Assembly (NCBI RefSeq): GCF_000020025.1
Contig: NC_010628.1
Span: 6,750,001-6,782,000, forward strand
Length of the DNA: 32,000 bases
Direction of reading: 5' to 3'
From: Nostoc punctiforme PCC 73102
Lineage (GTDB): Bacteria; Cyanobacteriota; Cyanobacteriia; Cyanobacteriales; Nostocaceae
Shown piece by piece: positions 8,383-16,851 of the stretch. Made by a program: the position numbers and the translations under genes. The notes beneath the pieces are model-generated. The model did no database searches and was not told the origin of the DNA. It was given only the letters and a program-made list of their open reading frames with translations. Positions within the stretch are counted from its first letter, which is position 1, and each line of letters begins with the position of its first letter.

Positions 8383-10011
8383 TTAAAGGTCAAAAGTAAC
8401 TTTGTACTTCTTGCCTGATGGAGGAACGTTGCGATTCACTAAATCTGATACAGTCTTGGTATTTTGAAGAATTTCCCAACCTACAGGAGAAAAAGTTTCT
8501 TTATTGAAGATATTGGGTGATAGTAAAGGATTGGTTAGCGCCTGAGAAAAGGCATCGATCCCAATTAAGCGTGCTACTAAAGCAGGGATAGTTGAATTTT
8601 CCCGCCCATCCTCGGCGTAAAGCCCCACAAAGAACTCAATCTTATCAACATGACCATATAATTCTTTGAGTTTCTCTTGAGCAAATTCATTACCAGTAAC
8701 TTGCTCAAATCTCGTCACTCTGGGGAAACCGCACAATTCTCGATAATCGTTGTAGCTTGCCAATTGTAGTTGCCTTCCTAATCTGATTGAAGGTAACTCG
8801 GTTAACTCCACCAATATATCAGGGGTGTTAAACAAACCAATTTTTGTACCTGGTTGAGAGCAAGTTTCTTCCATCAATGCCCCTAAACCTTGGTCAATAA
8901 ACATCTTATTGTTCCAAAGAGATGTAACAATATGGGTTGGTTTACCGTTATAGTTAAACGTTTCTGGAATCGCACTATGCCAGCGATAAACAAAGTCAAA
9001 CTCAATTGCCATATAGTTGGGACGATGCCAACTTTCCTTGGTAAAAGCTTCTGGATCGGCAAACAACTTAAAGTGATAAGGAGTGATGTGGTTAATGTAC
9101 TCTTCCATGATGATTTTTAAAATAATCGCCATGAGAATATTTCTCGATGTTTGGAAGAGGCGTTCATCATCCCAATCTGGATAATTGCGTGCTAATTCAT
9201 CACAAAGACGATTATGTTCCCGGAAACATAGAGTATTGAGCATTACATAGCCAATTTGTACGTTTGCTCGTTCTACTCCCATCGCAAACATATATTGTTT
9301 TTTGTCTATGGGCTGTCTTTTTTCATCATTAATGGGTTCATAAAGTCCCTCAAATTCAGGTTTAACCTTATCCTGTGCTGGATCGGCATAATAGAACAAA
9401 GGATATTCTTCTTCTACACCATCTTGGCGTTTGAGTTTCTGAGTCTTTAATTTACCTCCTTGAAAACTTCTTAAAAGATGTGTTTGTTTTCTGGTTAAAC
9501 CATAAACATTACACAAATCAATTTCGTGGTTGGAAGTATTTTTTAGTTTATTGTAGTGATTAAGGCGAAGAAAGCTATCTGTAAACCACTGCACCCAATA
9601 GGGAAACAGCATGGTTGATTTGCCAGAATAAATAGTTTTACCGTCTCTTTTACGGAATAAAATAGCTAGGTCTTCAACTTTGGGTAGATTACCCTCAGCG
9701 TTTAACTTGGGATCGGGTGGTAGATGCCTTCCTGTATAAGTGCGATCGTTGAGCGATTCCCAGGAAGTATAAGTATCAGTTTTCTTAGGAATATTAGTAT
9801 CAGGAATATGCTCATCCAGAGTCATCATACTGTAGGCATTAGGACGAGTCGGAATTTTGTAGATGAGACTATTGAGTAGAGTTTTGTTAACTTTACGTTT
9901 TATAAATTCGTTACTTTGGAGAAGTTGCCAAAGTCCTTTAAAGTTAGTTAAAACTAATGTTTGAATTTTGTTACCTAACCCGTCTTTGGATGTATCTCTT
10001 TTCCCAGCCAT
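8383..10011 (-). CDS. Animal-haem-peroxidase/cyclooxygenase-related fatty acid dioxygenase (linoleate 10S-dioxygenase-like)
   Basis: 542 aa. FREHNRLCDELARNYPDWDDERLFQTSRNI...EEYINHITPY is typical of the PF03098-type fold. VYRWH (Tyr 8986-8988, His 8977-8979) matches the COX catalytic Tyr / proximal His motif LYHWH. Confidence 0.85.
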   Translation of the reverse strand: MAGKRDTSKDGLGNKIQTLVLTNFKGLWQLLQSNEFIKRKVNKTLLNSLIYKIPTRPNAYSMMTLDEHIPDTNIPKKTDTYTSWESLNDRTYTGRHLPPDPKLNAEGNLPKVEDLAILFRKRDGKTIYSGKSTMLFPYWVQWFTDSFLRLNHYNKLKNTSNHEIDLCNVYGLTRKQTHLLRSFQGGKLKTQKLKRQDGVEEEYPLFYYADPAQDKVKPEFEGLYEPINDEKRQPIDKKQYMFAMGVERANVQIGYVMLNTLCFREHNRLCDELARNYPDWDDERLFQTSRNILMAIILKIIMEEYINHITPYHFKLFADPEAFTKESWHRPNYMAIEFDFVYRWHSAIPETFNYNGKPTHIVTSLWNNKMFIDQGLGALMEETCSQPGTKIGLFNTPDILVELTELPSIRLGRQLQLASYNDYRELCGFPRVTRFEQVTGNEFAQEKLKELYGHVDKIEFFVGLYAEDGRENSTIPALVARLIGIDAFSQALTNPLLSPNIFNKETFSPVGWEILQNTKTVSDLVNRNVPPSGKKYKVTFDL

Positions 10012-10089
10012 AATTATTTTTACCTTTTTTCACTTTTGGATTCAATGCACCCGAAATTTCTCTAATCCGATTACCTAAATTCATTCAAC

Positions 10090-11097
10090 TTATTTCAGTT
10101 TGGAAATAATCTTTTGTAGATTTTTGGGTCGATAGTCTTTGCGACTTCTCAAACGGTTGATCGTGCTTTCATGAAGGTCTTCAATGGCATCGCTAACCTC
10201 ACGAAACTTGATTCCTGCCAATTTAAAGAATCCAGCATCGTTCTTAAAGTCGCATTCATAATTGGGGTTAATACCTGTGGGAATCACACTTGTATCGAAG
10301 TCGAGTCCCAATTTCATCTCACCGATGGAATCAATCATCCACTGTAAGGCGGCATCTGATAACCCGCTATGTTCTTTAGTTCCACCACCAACGCAGCCAT
10401 GTGCGCCTGGAAACCACTTTTGAATCACTCGCTGGTTTTCAGCATCCGGATGCTTTGTCATGGGAGTGACATCAAAGACTTCACGAATTTCGTCAATGGC
10501 CACCGCGTGCAAGGCATTCTGAACACATTTGTTTAAAGTAGTGTCATGGAATCTGTAACGCTTATTCAGTTGCTCGTTCAACTTGCTGAAGGCAGGTATC
10601 CCAGGAATACCAAGGGCTCCAACAGTATCAAAACAACCTAGCAAGGTGATAGGGACGCGATCGCCGTAAGCTTGACGGTATTCCACAGCTTCCCGATCTT
10701 TTGGTTTAACACCTCGTTTACGGTAAAGCTCATAAGCTTCATGGGCTTTGGTGACATGGGGACGGTCTAGAAGACCGGAGCAATAGATCATCCCCGCTAA
10801 ACTTCTAACTGTGTAAGCACCACGACTGAAACCGAACAGATAGATTTCGTCACCAGGAACATAGTTTAGGCTCAGAAATCGGTAGCCATCTTCTATATTT
10901 CTATCGATTCCTAGTCCGGTAGCTCCCCCTAAAACCTTTTGACCCTCGGCTCCAACCCCCTCGTCATAAAATACGATTTGTGTAACTCCGTCACTAGCCA
11001 TCGGTTTTACCGATTGAGCTAACTTAACCACATTGCTAGGGTAAGCACTTGTTAATTGTTGCCAGGTTCCATCACAGCAGATAACGAGACGTTTCAT
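10090..11097 (-). CDS. DUF2235 (Tle1-like) alpha/beta hydrolase, putative (phospho)lipase
   Basis: 335 aa. N-terminal LVICCDGTW...SNVVKL, nucleophile-elbow GFSRGA, then CFDTVGALG and HAVAIDEIREVF. These are the characteristic DUF2235 motifs. Confidence 0.85.
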   Translation of the reverse strand: MKRLVICCDGTWQQLTSAYPSNVVKLAQSVKPMASDGVTQIVFYDEGVGAEGQKVLGGATGLGIDRNIEDGYRFLSLNYVPGDEIYLFGFSRGAYTVRSLAGMIYCSGLLDRPHVTKAHEAYELYRKRGVKPKDREAVEYRQAYGDRVPITLLGCFDTVGALGIPGIPAFSKLNEQLNKRYRFHDTTLNKCVQNALHAVAIDEIREVFDVTPMTKHPDAENQRVIQKWFPGAHGCVGGGTKEHSGLSDAALQWMIDSIGEMKLGLDFDTSVIPTGINPNYECDFKNDAGFFKLAGIKFREVSDAIEDLHESTINRLRSRKDYRPKNLQKIISKLK

Positions 11098-11475
11098 ATT
11101 GTTATTTCAAAGTTTTTGATTAATTAGATCAACTTTTTATTAAAATGCGAATTTGGCATAGATTTAGGGCAAACGCATTTAATTTATCAACTATATGTCT
11201 AGTTTTATAAATGCTTTAGCGAAATATCCTCCCACCTTTTTAATGAGAATGCAAGGACAGTTAAGACAGTTAAACAAAAAATTAATTAAATAAATGTTAA
11301 GTAATATCTGCCCAGCAAAATCATCCCAAGCCATAACAGTCTTCTTTGATTTTTGTTCGTGCAGCGTGGCATAACCATATTTATTTGGGTGAGCGCAAGC
11401 GCGATAGGCAAGCAAGAGGCAACAGGAAAAAAGGATATTTTAGTTGGATCTAAGTTTGCAAAAATTTATTAAATA

Positions 11476-11610
11476 TAAGTAAGTGGGCGTAAATAATTGT
11501 TGTTGGCAATAGGGAATAGGCAATAAATAGGAAATAGGCAATAGATATAAGGATTTTAGTCTAGTTAATTTTTATTTACATAGCTTAATCTTATTGTGCC
11601 AGCCTACTTA
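11476..11610 (+). repeat. Copy B of the MITE-like inverted-repeat element (~135 bp)
   Basis: Left end taagtaagtgggcg (11476-11489). Right end gccagcctactta (11598-11610) is its imperfect reverse complement (about 10/14). The left ~50 nt is near-identical to copy A, and the right end is homologous to copy C. Confidence 0.7.
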
Positions 11611-11710
11611 AGTCCTATAGAAATAGTCAATTGAATTTTGGTTTTTAAAATGAAATCATCAAGGTGCATTAAAGTAAAAAATATTGTCTATCCATTAACT
11701 ACGTTTTTCT

Positions 11711-12772
11711 ATGACACTTTCTACAAACCATGTTTATCCCGTTATTTGGCACAATGGCGCGGTGTCACTAATCGATCAAACTCGCTTACCCAACGAATAT
11801 ACATTTGTGGAAATCCACCGCAGTGAAGATATGGCACGGGCGATTAAGACTATGATTGTCCGAGGTGCGCCTGCAATTGGTGTGGCTGCAGCTTATGGAA
11901 TGTATCTTGGCGCAAGGGAAATTGAAACTAGCGATCGCCACGAATTTTTGCAAAACTTAGATAAAGTAGCCCAGTTGCTAGGTTCTACTCGTCCGACGGC
12001 GGTAAATTTATTTTGGGCAATTAGTCGGATGATGAAAGTTGCTAAGGAAACGTTGGGAACTGTTGAAGACATTAAGCAAACCCTTTTCCAAACAGCCCAA
12101 GCAATCAACGTTGAAGATTTGCAAACCTGTCAAGCGATCGGCGACAATGGTTTGACAGTTTTGCCCGCTAGCCCTGAAAAGCTGACACTACTTACTCACT
12201 GCAACGCTGGGGCGCTAGCTACGGCTGGTTATGGCACAGCTTTAGGTGTTGTGCGTTCTGCTTGGAGGGAAGGACGTTTAGAACGTTTATTTGCCGACGA
12301 AACCCGTCCTCGGTTACAAGGTGCAAAACTCACCGCTTGGGAATGTGTGCAAGAAGGTATTCCTGTGACATTAATTACTGATAATATGGCAGCCCATTGC
12401 ATGAAGCAGGGTTTGATTCATGCTGTAGTTGTGGGTGCCGATCGCATTGCTGCTAACGGTGACACTGCCAATAAAATTGGTACATACAGTGTAGCGATCG
12501 CAGCTAAGGCACATAATATCCCTTTCTTTGTGGCTGCACCCCTTTCTACCGTTGATTTTGAATTAGCCGATGGCAGTAAAATTCCCATTGAGGAACGCGA
12601 TCCAACAGAAATATATCAAGTTGGGGATACTATTCTCACACCTGAAGGTGTGGATTTTTACAACCCAGCTTTTGATGTGACTCCGGCTGAGTTGATTACA
12701 GCCATCATTACAGAAAATGGAGCGATCGCACCTGGGGAATTGGTGAAATTACAGTTAAAGCAATTAGTGTAA
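11711..12772 (+). CDS. mtnA: S-methyl-5-thioribose-1-phosphate isomerase (methionine salvage)
   Basis: 353 aa, eIF-2B alpha/beta/delta-like. Motifs: [41 protein letters not shown]. Confidence 0.93.
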   Translation: MTLSTNHVYPVIWHNGAVSLIDQTRLPNEYTFVEIHRSEDMARAIKTMIVRGAPAIGVAAAYGMYLGAREIETSDRHEFLQNLDKVAQLLGSTRPTAVNLFWAISRMMKVAKETLGTVEDIKQTLFQTAQAINVEDLQTCQAIGDNGLTVLPASPEKLTLLTHCNAGALATAGYGTALGVVRSAWREGRLERLFADETRPRLQGAKLTAWECVQEGIPVTLITDNMAAHCMKQGLIHAVVVGADRIAANGDTANKIGTYSVAIAAKAHNIPFFVAAPLSTVDFELADGSKIPIEERDPTEIYQVGDTILTPEGVDFYNPAFDVTPAELITAIITENGAIAPGELVKLQLKQLV

Positions 12773-12791
12773 TTGATGGGTAAATAACTTC

Positions 12792-12841
12792 GTAGTAAGG
12801 ACTTTAGTCCTTGATTTTCTAAGCACTAAAGTCCTTACTAC
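12792..12841. terminator. Long perfect hairpin between convergent genes (probable bidirectional terminator)
   Basis: 17-bp perfect stem gtagtaaggactttagt (12792-12808) / actaaagtccttactac (12825-12841), with a 16-nt loop. It lies between the mtnA stop and the stop of the 12902-13369 ORF. Confidence 0.55.
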
Positions 12842-12901
12842 AAACATTCAATTAAAACTAGCTTGACGAACTACTAGAAGTTCACTTCTCCCTGTCTTAA
12901 A

Positions 12902-13369
12902 CTAATCCAGAACTTTTCTTCTCAGCCTTTCTAGTTCCTCATCTATATCTTCCTCATCCATCTGAGAAAGTTCCTGTGCTAGGTGAGCCTGACGCTCTAA
13001 AGCCTCAGATTTCGCTGTTGTCTCACTTGCTGCAAATGCCTTTTCCCAAACCTCCCATTTATCATTGCGTTCTTCAAGTTTCTGTATTAGTGTTTTTGCA
13101 TCAGGTAGAGTCGAAGATTTTATAGGACTACATAAAACTTTAGTAGTCTGATTTTGAAAATCATAGACAATATCAAACACCTTAAACTTGCGCCAAGAGC
13201 TAGGCTTACGTGTCTCATCTATTGGTAAAATTAAAGTTTCACCAATTCGAGGAAGCCACTTACAATTTGAAAGTTCAGCCACCATTTTGCTGACTGTATC
13301 AACACTCCAAACAATACGCAGCTTGAAATCTTGAGGGTTGGATGTCGAAAAAGGCGCATTATTTTTCAT
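12902..13369 (-). CDS. Hypothetical protein with an acidic coiled C-terminus
   Basis: 155-aa ORF. The ATG overlaps the stop of the upstream small ORF (ATGA at 13366-13369). No recognisable domain. C-terminus: QELSQMDEEDIDEELERLRRKVLD. Confidence 0.6.
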   Translation of the reverse strand: MKNNAPFSTSNPQDFKLRIVWSVDTVSKMVAELSNCKWLPRIGETLILPIDETRKPSSWRKFKVFDIVYDFQNQTTKVLCSPIKSSTLPDAKTLIQKLEERNDKWEVWEKAFAASETTAKSEALERQAHLAQELSQMDEEDIDEELERLRRKVLD

Positions 13370-13584
13370 TGGTCAATGCCTTTCTCCTTGTAACAGTCCT
13401 CTAGTGATTTCCTGTCACCAAAAGCGTGTTTAGATTCGCAGGCATTGATTTTAGATCGTGTAGCGGCATCATCAAACGACCTTACTAAGGGCGTTTTAGC
13501 CACAAACTCATTGAGTAAAACACCAAAAAAGATGAATATAGCTGGAACCAGTACAAATAGAAACAGAAGACCTTGGACAATCAT
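13366..13584 (-). CDS. Small single-pass membrane protein, hypothetical
   Basis: ATG at 13584 gives 72 aa (MIVQGLLFLFVLVPAIFIFFGVLL...), with one hydrophobic helix and a Cys-containing tail. The ORF track extends it to TTG 13680 (104 aa). It is translationally coupled to the next ORF. Confidence 0.45.
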   Translation of the reverse strand: MIVQGLLFLFVLVPAIFIFFGVLLNEFVAKTPLVRSFDDAATRSKINACESKHAFGDRKSLEDCYKEKGIDQ

Positions 13585-13756
13585 TTGCTTCTCGGAAGAC
13601 TTGTCTGGTTCTGGGGATTTTTCTTGACCACTCACGATTACACCACGACTAACTGCTATATCTAGCAAGCCCAAAACCAATTAGTATCTAACCACTTGTT
13701 AAAAAATTTTCACGTTCCAAGCTCGAATATACTTTTATCCCTAAAGTTCAAGTCTT

Positions 13757-13779
13757 TCCCTCTCCGATTCGGAGAGGGA
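13757..13779. other. GC-rich hairpin downstream of icd
   Basis: tccctctcc (13757-13765) / ggagaggga (13771-13779). The T-run (tagttttt) is on the plus strand, while icd is on the minus strand, so a terminator role is uncertain. Confidence 0.35.
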
Positions 13780-13841
13780 TAGTTTTTGCGTAGTAAAACC
13801 AGGGAGAGGTCTTTTGATTCGACTAATTACCCCTAGTAAAC

Positions 13842-15263
13842 TTAACCAAAATGCTGAATAATTGCGTCGGCAAATTCAGAACATTTTAAGGGTTCAACAG
13901 GTGGTTCTAGCAACCGAGCTAAATCGTAGGTGACTTGACTATTTGCGATCGCATCGCTTAAACCCTTCTTAATTAGGTCTGCGGCTTCTTGCCAACCCAA
14001 AAATTCCAGCATCATCACACCAGACAAAATCACTGAACCTGGATTAATCCGATCTAAGCCGGCGTGTTTGGGTGCAGTGCCGTGGGTAGCTTCAAATATG
14101 GCACTAGAATCACCAATATTCGCCCCTGGTCCCATTCCCAATCCACCAACAATGGCTGCGGCGGCATCAGACAAATAATCACCGTTCAAGTTCATCGTCG
14201 CCAAAATCGAATACTCATCCGGTCTGGTTTGGATTTGTTGAAAAATACTGTCAGCAATCCGGTCATTCACCAAAACTTTCTCTTTCCATTTGCCATCGCC
14301 GTGGGTTGCCCAAATTGTGTTAAGAACAGTTTCAACTTCCTTGACAACTTGCGCTTTCTTGTCTGGAGTTAGATTATCAAACCCAGGTTCAATCTGGCGG
14401 GCATTTTCTTCCAAGGAAATATTCGGATTTTTTTCCTTGTTACTCAAAATCCAAGATTCCTGTTCAGTAACAGTTTCTTGGCGAAATTCGCTGGTTGCTA
14501 GTTCATAACCCCAATCGCGGAAAGCGCCTTCGGTGTATTTCATGATGTTGCCTTTATGCACCAAAGTCACTTGTTGCTTGTTTTTGGGCAATAGCAAAGC
14601 GTGTTTGATGGCACGTCTAACTAGACGCTGGGAACCAGTTTTGCTGATGGGTTTAATGCCAATACCAGAATCAAGAGGAATACGTTTTTTTCCATGTTCT
14701 GGGGTGGCGGGGATTAGTTCTTCATTGAGAATTTTAATTAAGCGATCGCCAATTTCGCTACCTTGTCGCCACTCAATGCCTAAATAAATATCTTCCGTAT
14801 TTTCTCGATAAACAATTACATCCAGCTTTTCGGGATTTTTGTGGGGAGAGGGCGTACCTGCATAGTAACGGCAAGGACGCACGCAGGCATACAAGTCAAA
14901 AATTTGTCGTAGTGCCACATTTAAAGAACGAATTCCTCCCCCAACGGGAGTAGTCAAAGGCCCTTTAATAGCGACACCGTATTCTTCAATTGCTGTTAGA
15001 GTATCTTGAGGTAAATACTGATAAGTACCATATAAATCGCAAGCTTCGTCACCAGCATAAACCTTGAACCAGCTAATTTGACGCTGACCCTTATATGCTT
15101 TGGCTACCGCAGCATCGAGAACTTTTTGGGTAGCAGGCCAGATGTCTATGCCTGTGCCGTCGCCGCGAATAAAAGGGATAATTGGATTGTCCGGTACGAT
15201 TGGTTCACCATTTTTGAAGGCGATCTTTGCTCCGGCTGCGGGGGGGGTAATCTTTTCGTACAT
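13842..15263 (-). CDS. icd: NADP-dependent isocitrate dehydrogenase
   Basis: 473 aa. Motifs: [42 protein letters not shown]. This is the cyanobacterial-type long IDH. Confidence 0.97.
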   Translation of the reverse strand: MYEKITPPAAGAKIAFKNGEPIVPDNPIIPFIRGDGTGIDIWPATQKVLDAAVAKAYKGQRQISWFKVYAGDEACDLYGTYQYLPQDTLTAIEEYGVAIKGPLTTPVGGGIRSLNVALRQIFDLYACVRPCRYYAGTPSPHKNPEKLDVIVYRENTEDIYLGIEWRQGSEIGDRLIKILNEELIPATPEHGKKRIPLDSGIGIKPISKTGSQRLVRRAIKHALLLPKNKQQVTLVHKGNIMKYTEGAFRDWGYELATSEFRQETVTEQESWILSNKEKNPNISLEENARQIEPGFDNLTPDKKAQVVKEVETVLNTIWATHGDGKWKEKVLVNDRIADSIFQQIQTRPDEYSILATMNLNGDYLSDAAAAIVGGLGMGPGANIGDSSAIFEATHGTAPKHAGLDRINPGSVILSGVMMLEFLGWQEAADLIKKGLSDAIANSQVTYDLARLLEPPVEPLKCSEFADAIIQHFG

Positions 15264-15535
15264 CGTTCACACACTCCTAATCGATACGCTGCTATTCAAA
15301 AAACCTTATGTGGCAGGCTTGTATATTTTGCTATGTCTTTTGTTCCCAAGCCATAAGGCAAAGATTTTCCCCCTATTCTCCTTGTACATTATTTGGGGAT
15401 TAAGTGTGGGATTCAGTGAAGCGATCGCAATTTTGTACGATTAAAAATAGTAAACTACTTTTCGCTATCAGTGCTTCACTTTAAAGAAGCCTAATAGCTT
15501 ACCGCTCTTTCACTGACCGCTAAAACAAGAATGGC

Positions 15536-16264
15536 ATGACAGACCCAATGATTTTATCAGGCCCTGCAAATGACATCGACTCCCTCCGACGACCGTTAAT
15601 GGCTGGGTCTGAAAAAGTCCAACAGCAGATAATCCCACAATTAGCTGAGTTGGGTAATGAGGGATTAGACGTGTTGATGGAATTTTTACTGAAACGACGT
15701 GAGAACCCAGCTACTTGGGTTGATGGCAAAGCTTACCAAGTCCTCTATAACTCCGATGCACCTCAAGCCAAAGAATTTTTACGCTCTTCTTTTCCTGAGG
15801 GAATTGTACCTCTAAAATCGGAGTGCGGGATTAACTACAATTCTTTGCAACAGCTACTTGCTGCTCAAGACTTCCAAGCAGCCGATCGCGTCACCATCGA
15901 AAAAATGTGTGAACTATCAGGGACAACGGCTGTACAACGAAAATGGTTGTACTTTACTGAGGTAGAAAATACCTCGGCTGTTGACTTGCAAACCATTAAC
16001 AATCTCTGGTTAGTCCACTCTGAAGGTAAATTTGGCTTTTCAGTGCAGCGAGAAATCTGGTTAAGTTTGGGTAAAAATTGGGAGAATTTCTGGCCGAAAA
16101 TTGGCTGGAAAGCAGGTAATAACTGGACGCGATACCCTAACGGGTTTACCTGGGATTTGAGTGCGCCTAGAGGTCATTTACCCCTCTCTAATCAGCTGCG
16201 GGGAGTACGAGTCTTTGCTTCTTTACTCTCTCACCCAGCTTGGTCGAAGAATCCAGAAAAATGA
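15536..16264 (+). CDS. gun4: GUN4 domain protein (Mg-chelatase activator, Ycf53-like)
   Basis: 242 aa. N-terminal helical domain plus C-terminal GUN4 core (RKWLYFTEVE...INNLWLVHSEGKFGFSVQREIW...GHLPLSNQLRG). Confidence 0.88.
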   Translation: MTDPMILSGPANDIDSLRRPLMAGSEKVQQQIIPQLAELGNEGLDVLMEFLLKRRENPATWVDGKAYQVLYNSDAPQAKEFLRSSFPEGIVPLKSECGINYNSLQQLLAAQDFQAADRVTIEKMCELSGTTAVQRKWLYFTEVENTSAVDLQTINNLWLVHSEGKFGFSVQREIWLSLGKNWENFWPKIGWKAGNNWTRYPNGFTWDLSAPRGHLPLSNQLRGVRVFASLLSHPAWSKNPEK

Positions 16265-16274
16265 TTATAATTTC

Positions 16275-16547
16275 ATGAAGTTCGAGTGGGACGAAAACAA
16301 AGCGGCAATAAATCTTTTAAAACATCAGGTTTCGTTTGAAGAAGCCAAAACTGTTTTCGACGATCCGCTCTATGTTGACTTCTACGATCCAGACCACTCT
16401 GATAATGAGGAGCGTTACCTTATTATTGGAGAATCAAGTCGGGGACGCTTACTAATCATGTCGTATACGGAAAGAGGAAATTCGATTCGTCTTATTAGTG
16501 CAAGAGAAGTAACACGATCCGAGCGAGAAGCATACAAAGAAGGGTAA
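16275..16547 (+). CDS. brnT: BrnT-family (DUF497) type II toxin
   Basis: MKFEWDENKAAINLLKHQVSFEEAKTVFDDP...IRLISAREVTRSEREAYKE matches the DUF497/BrnT pattern. Start chosen at ATG 16275 rather than the 16161 ORF-track start, which overlaps gun4. Confidence 0.85.
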   Translation: MKFEWDENKAAINLLKHQVSFEEAKTVFDDPLYVDFYDPDHSDNEERYLIIGESSRGRLLIMSYTERGNSIRLISAREVTRSEREAYKEG

Positions 16548-16554
16548 GCCAGAA

Positions 16555-16800
16555 ATGGAAGACGATCTGCGATCGGAGTATGACTTAAAGAGTCTAAGGG
16601 TCAGAAAGTTCGGCCCGGAACGAAAAAGCTTTGGGAAGACAACAATTCGTTTAGAACCTGATGTTGCAGAGGTTTTTCCCAATGCCGATGCTGTGAATGA
16701 GGCTCTAAGATTTCTGATTAGAGTTGTGCAGGGCAATCAAGTTTCTGCACTTGCAAAGCAGCCTCACGATTCCTCGGAGGGGGCGGATAAAACCTCCTAG
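16555..16800 (+). CDS. Putative cognate antitoxin (BrnA-position partner)
   Basis: 81 aa, 7 nt after brnT. EYDLKSL...IRLEPDVAEVFPNADAVNEALRFLI is the pattern commonly seen next to cyanobacterial DUF497 genes. Confidence 0.65.
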   Translation: MEDDLRSEYDLKSLRVRKFGPERKSFGKTTIRLEPDVAEVFPNADAVNEALRFLIRVVQGNQVSALAKQPHDSSEGADKTS

Positions 16801-16851
16801 TAGTGAGTTGGAAGTGTCGCAGATCCCAAACTGAAAATATCAAATCAGATA

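Noticed and set aside
8890-9450. Plus-strand ORFs 8890-9120 and 9256-9450
   Set aside because: They are antisense to the peroxidase-family gene, and the peptides are low-complexity.
11191-11415. 74-aa minus-strand ORF in the DUF2235/mtnA spacer
   Set aside because: Its 5' part is built from the dispersed-repeat/heptamer sequence (11355-11420) and the rest is AT-rich spacer. There is no RBS or domain evidence.
11638-11826. 62-aa ORF overlapping the mtnA start
   Set aside because: It is out of frame with mtnA, whose N-terminus is well conserved, and its peptide is non-descript.
15321-15334. Possible NtcA site GTA-N8-TAT upstream of icd
   Set aside because: icd is NtcA-regulated in some cyanobacteria. 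However, this site deviates from GTAN8TAC, and I could not place a convincing -10 box at the proper spacing. It is kept only as a note.
14064-15444. Plus-strand ORFs antisense to icd and in its upstream spacer (14064-14372, 14290-14508, 14533-14787, 15078-15356, 15100-15444)
   Set aside because: They are shadow frames of a highly expressed, clearly identified gene. The parts extending beyond icd lie in promoter DNA.
16161-16274. N-terminal extension of the brnT ORF back to 16161
   Set aside because: It would overlap gun4 by 104 nt. The DUF497 homology begins exactly at the ATG at 16275.
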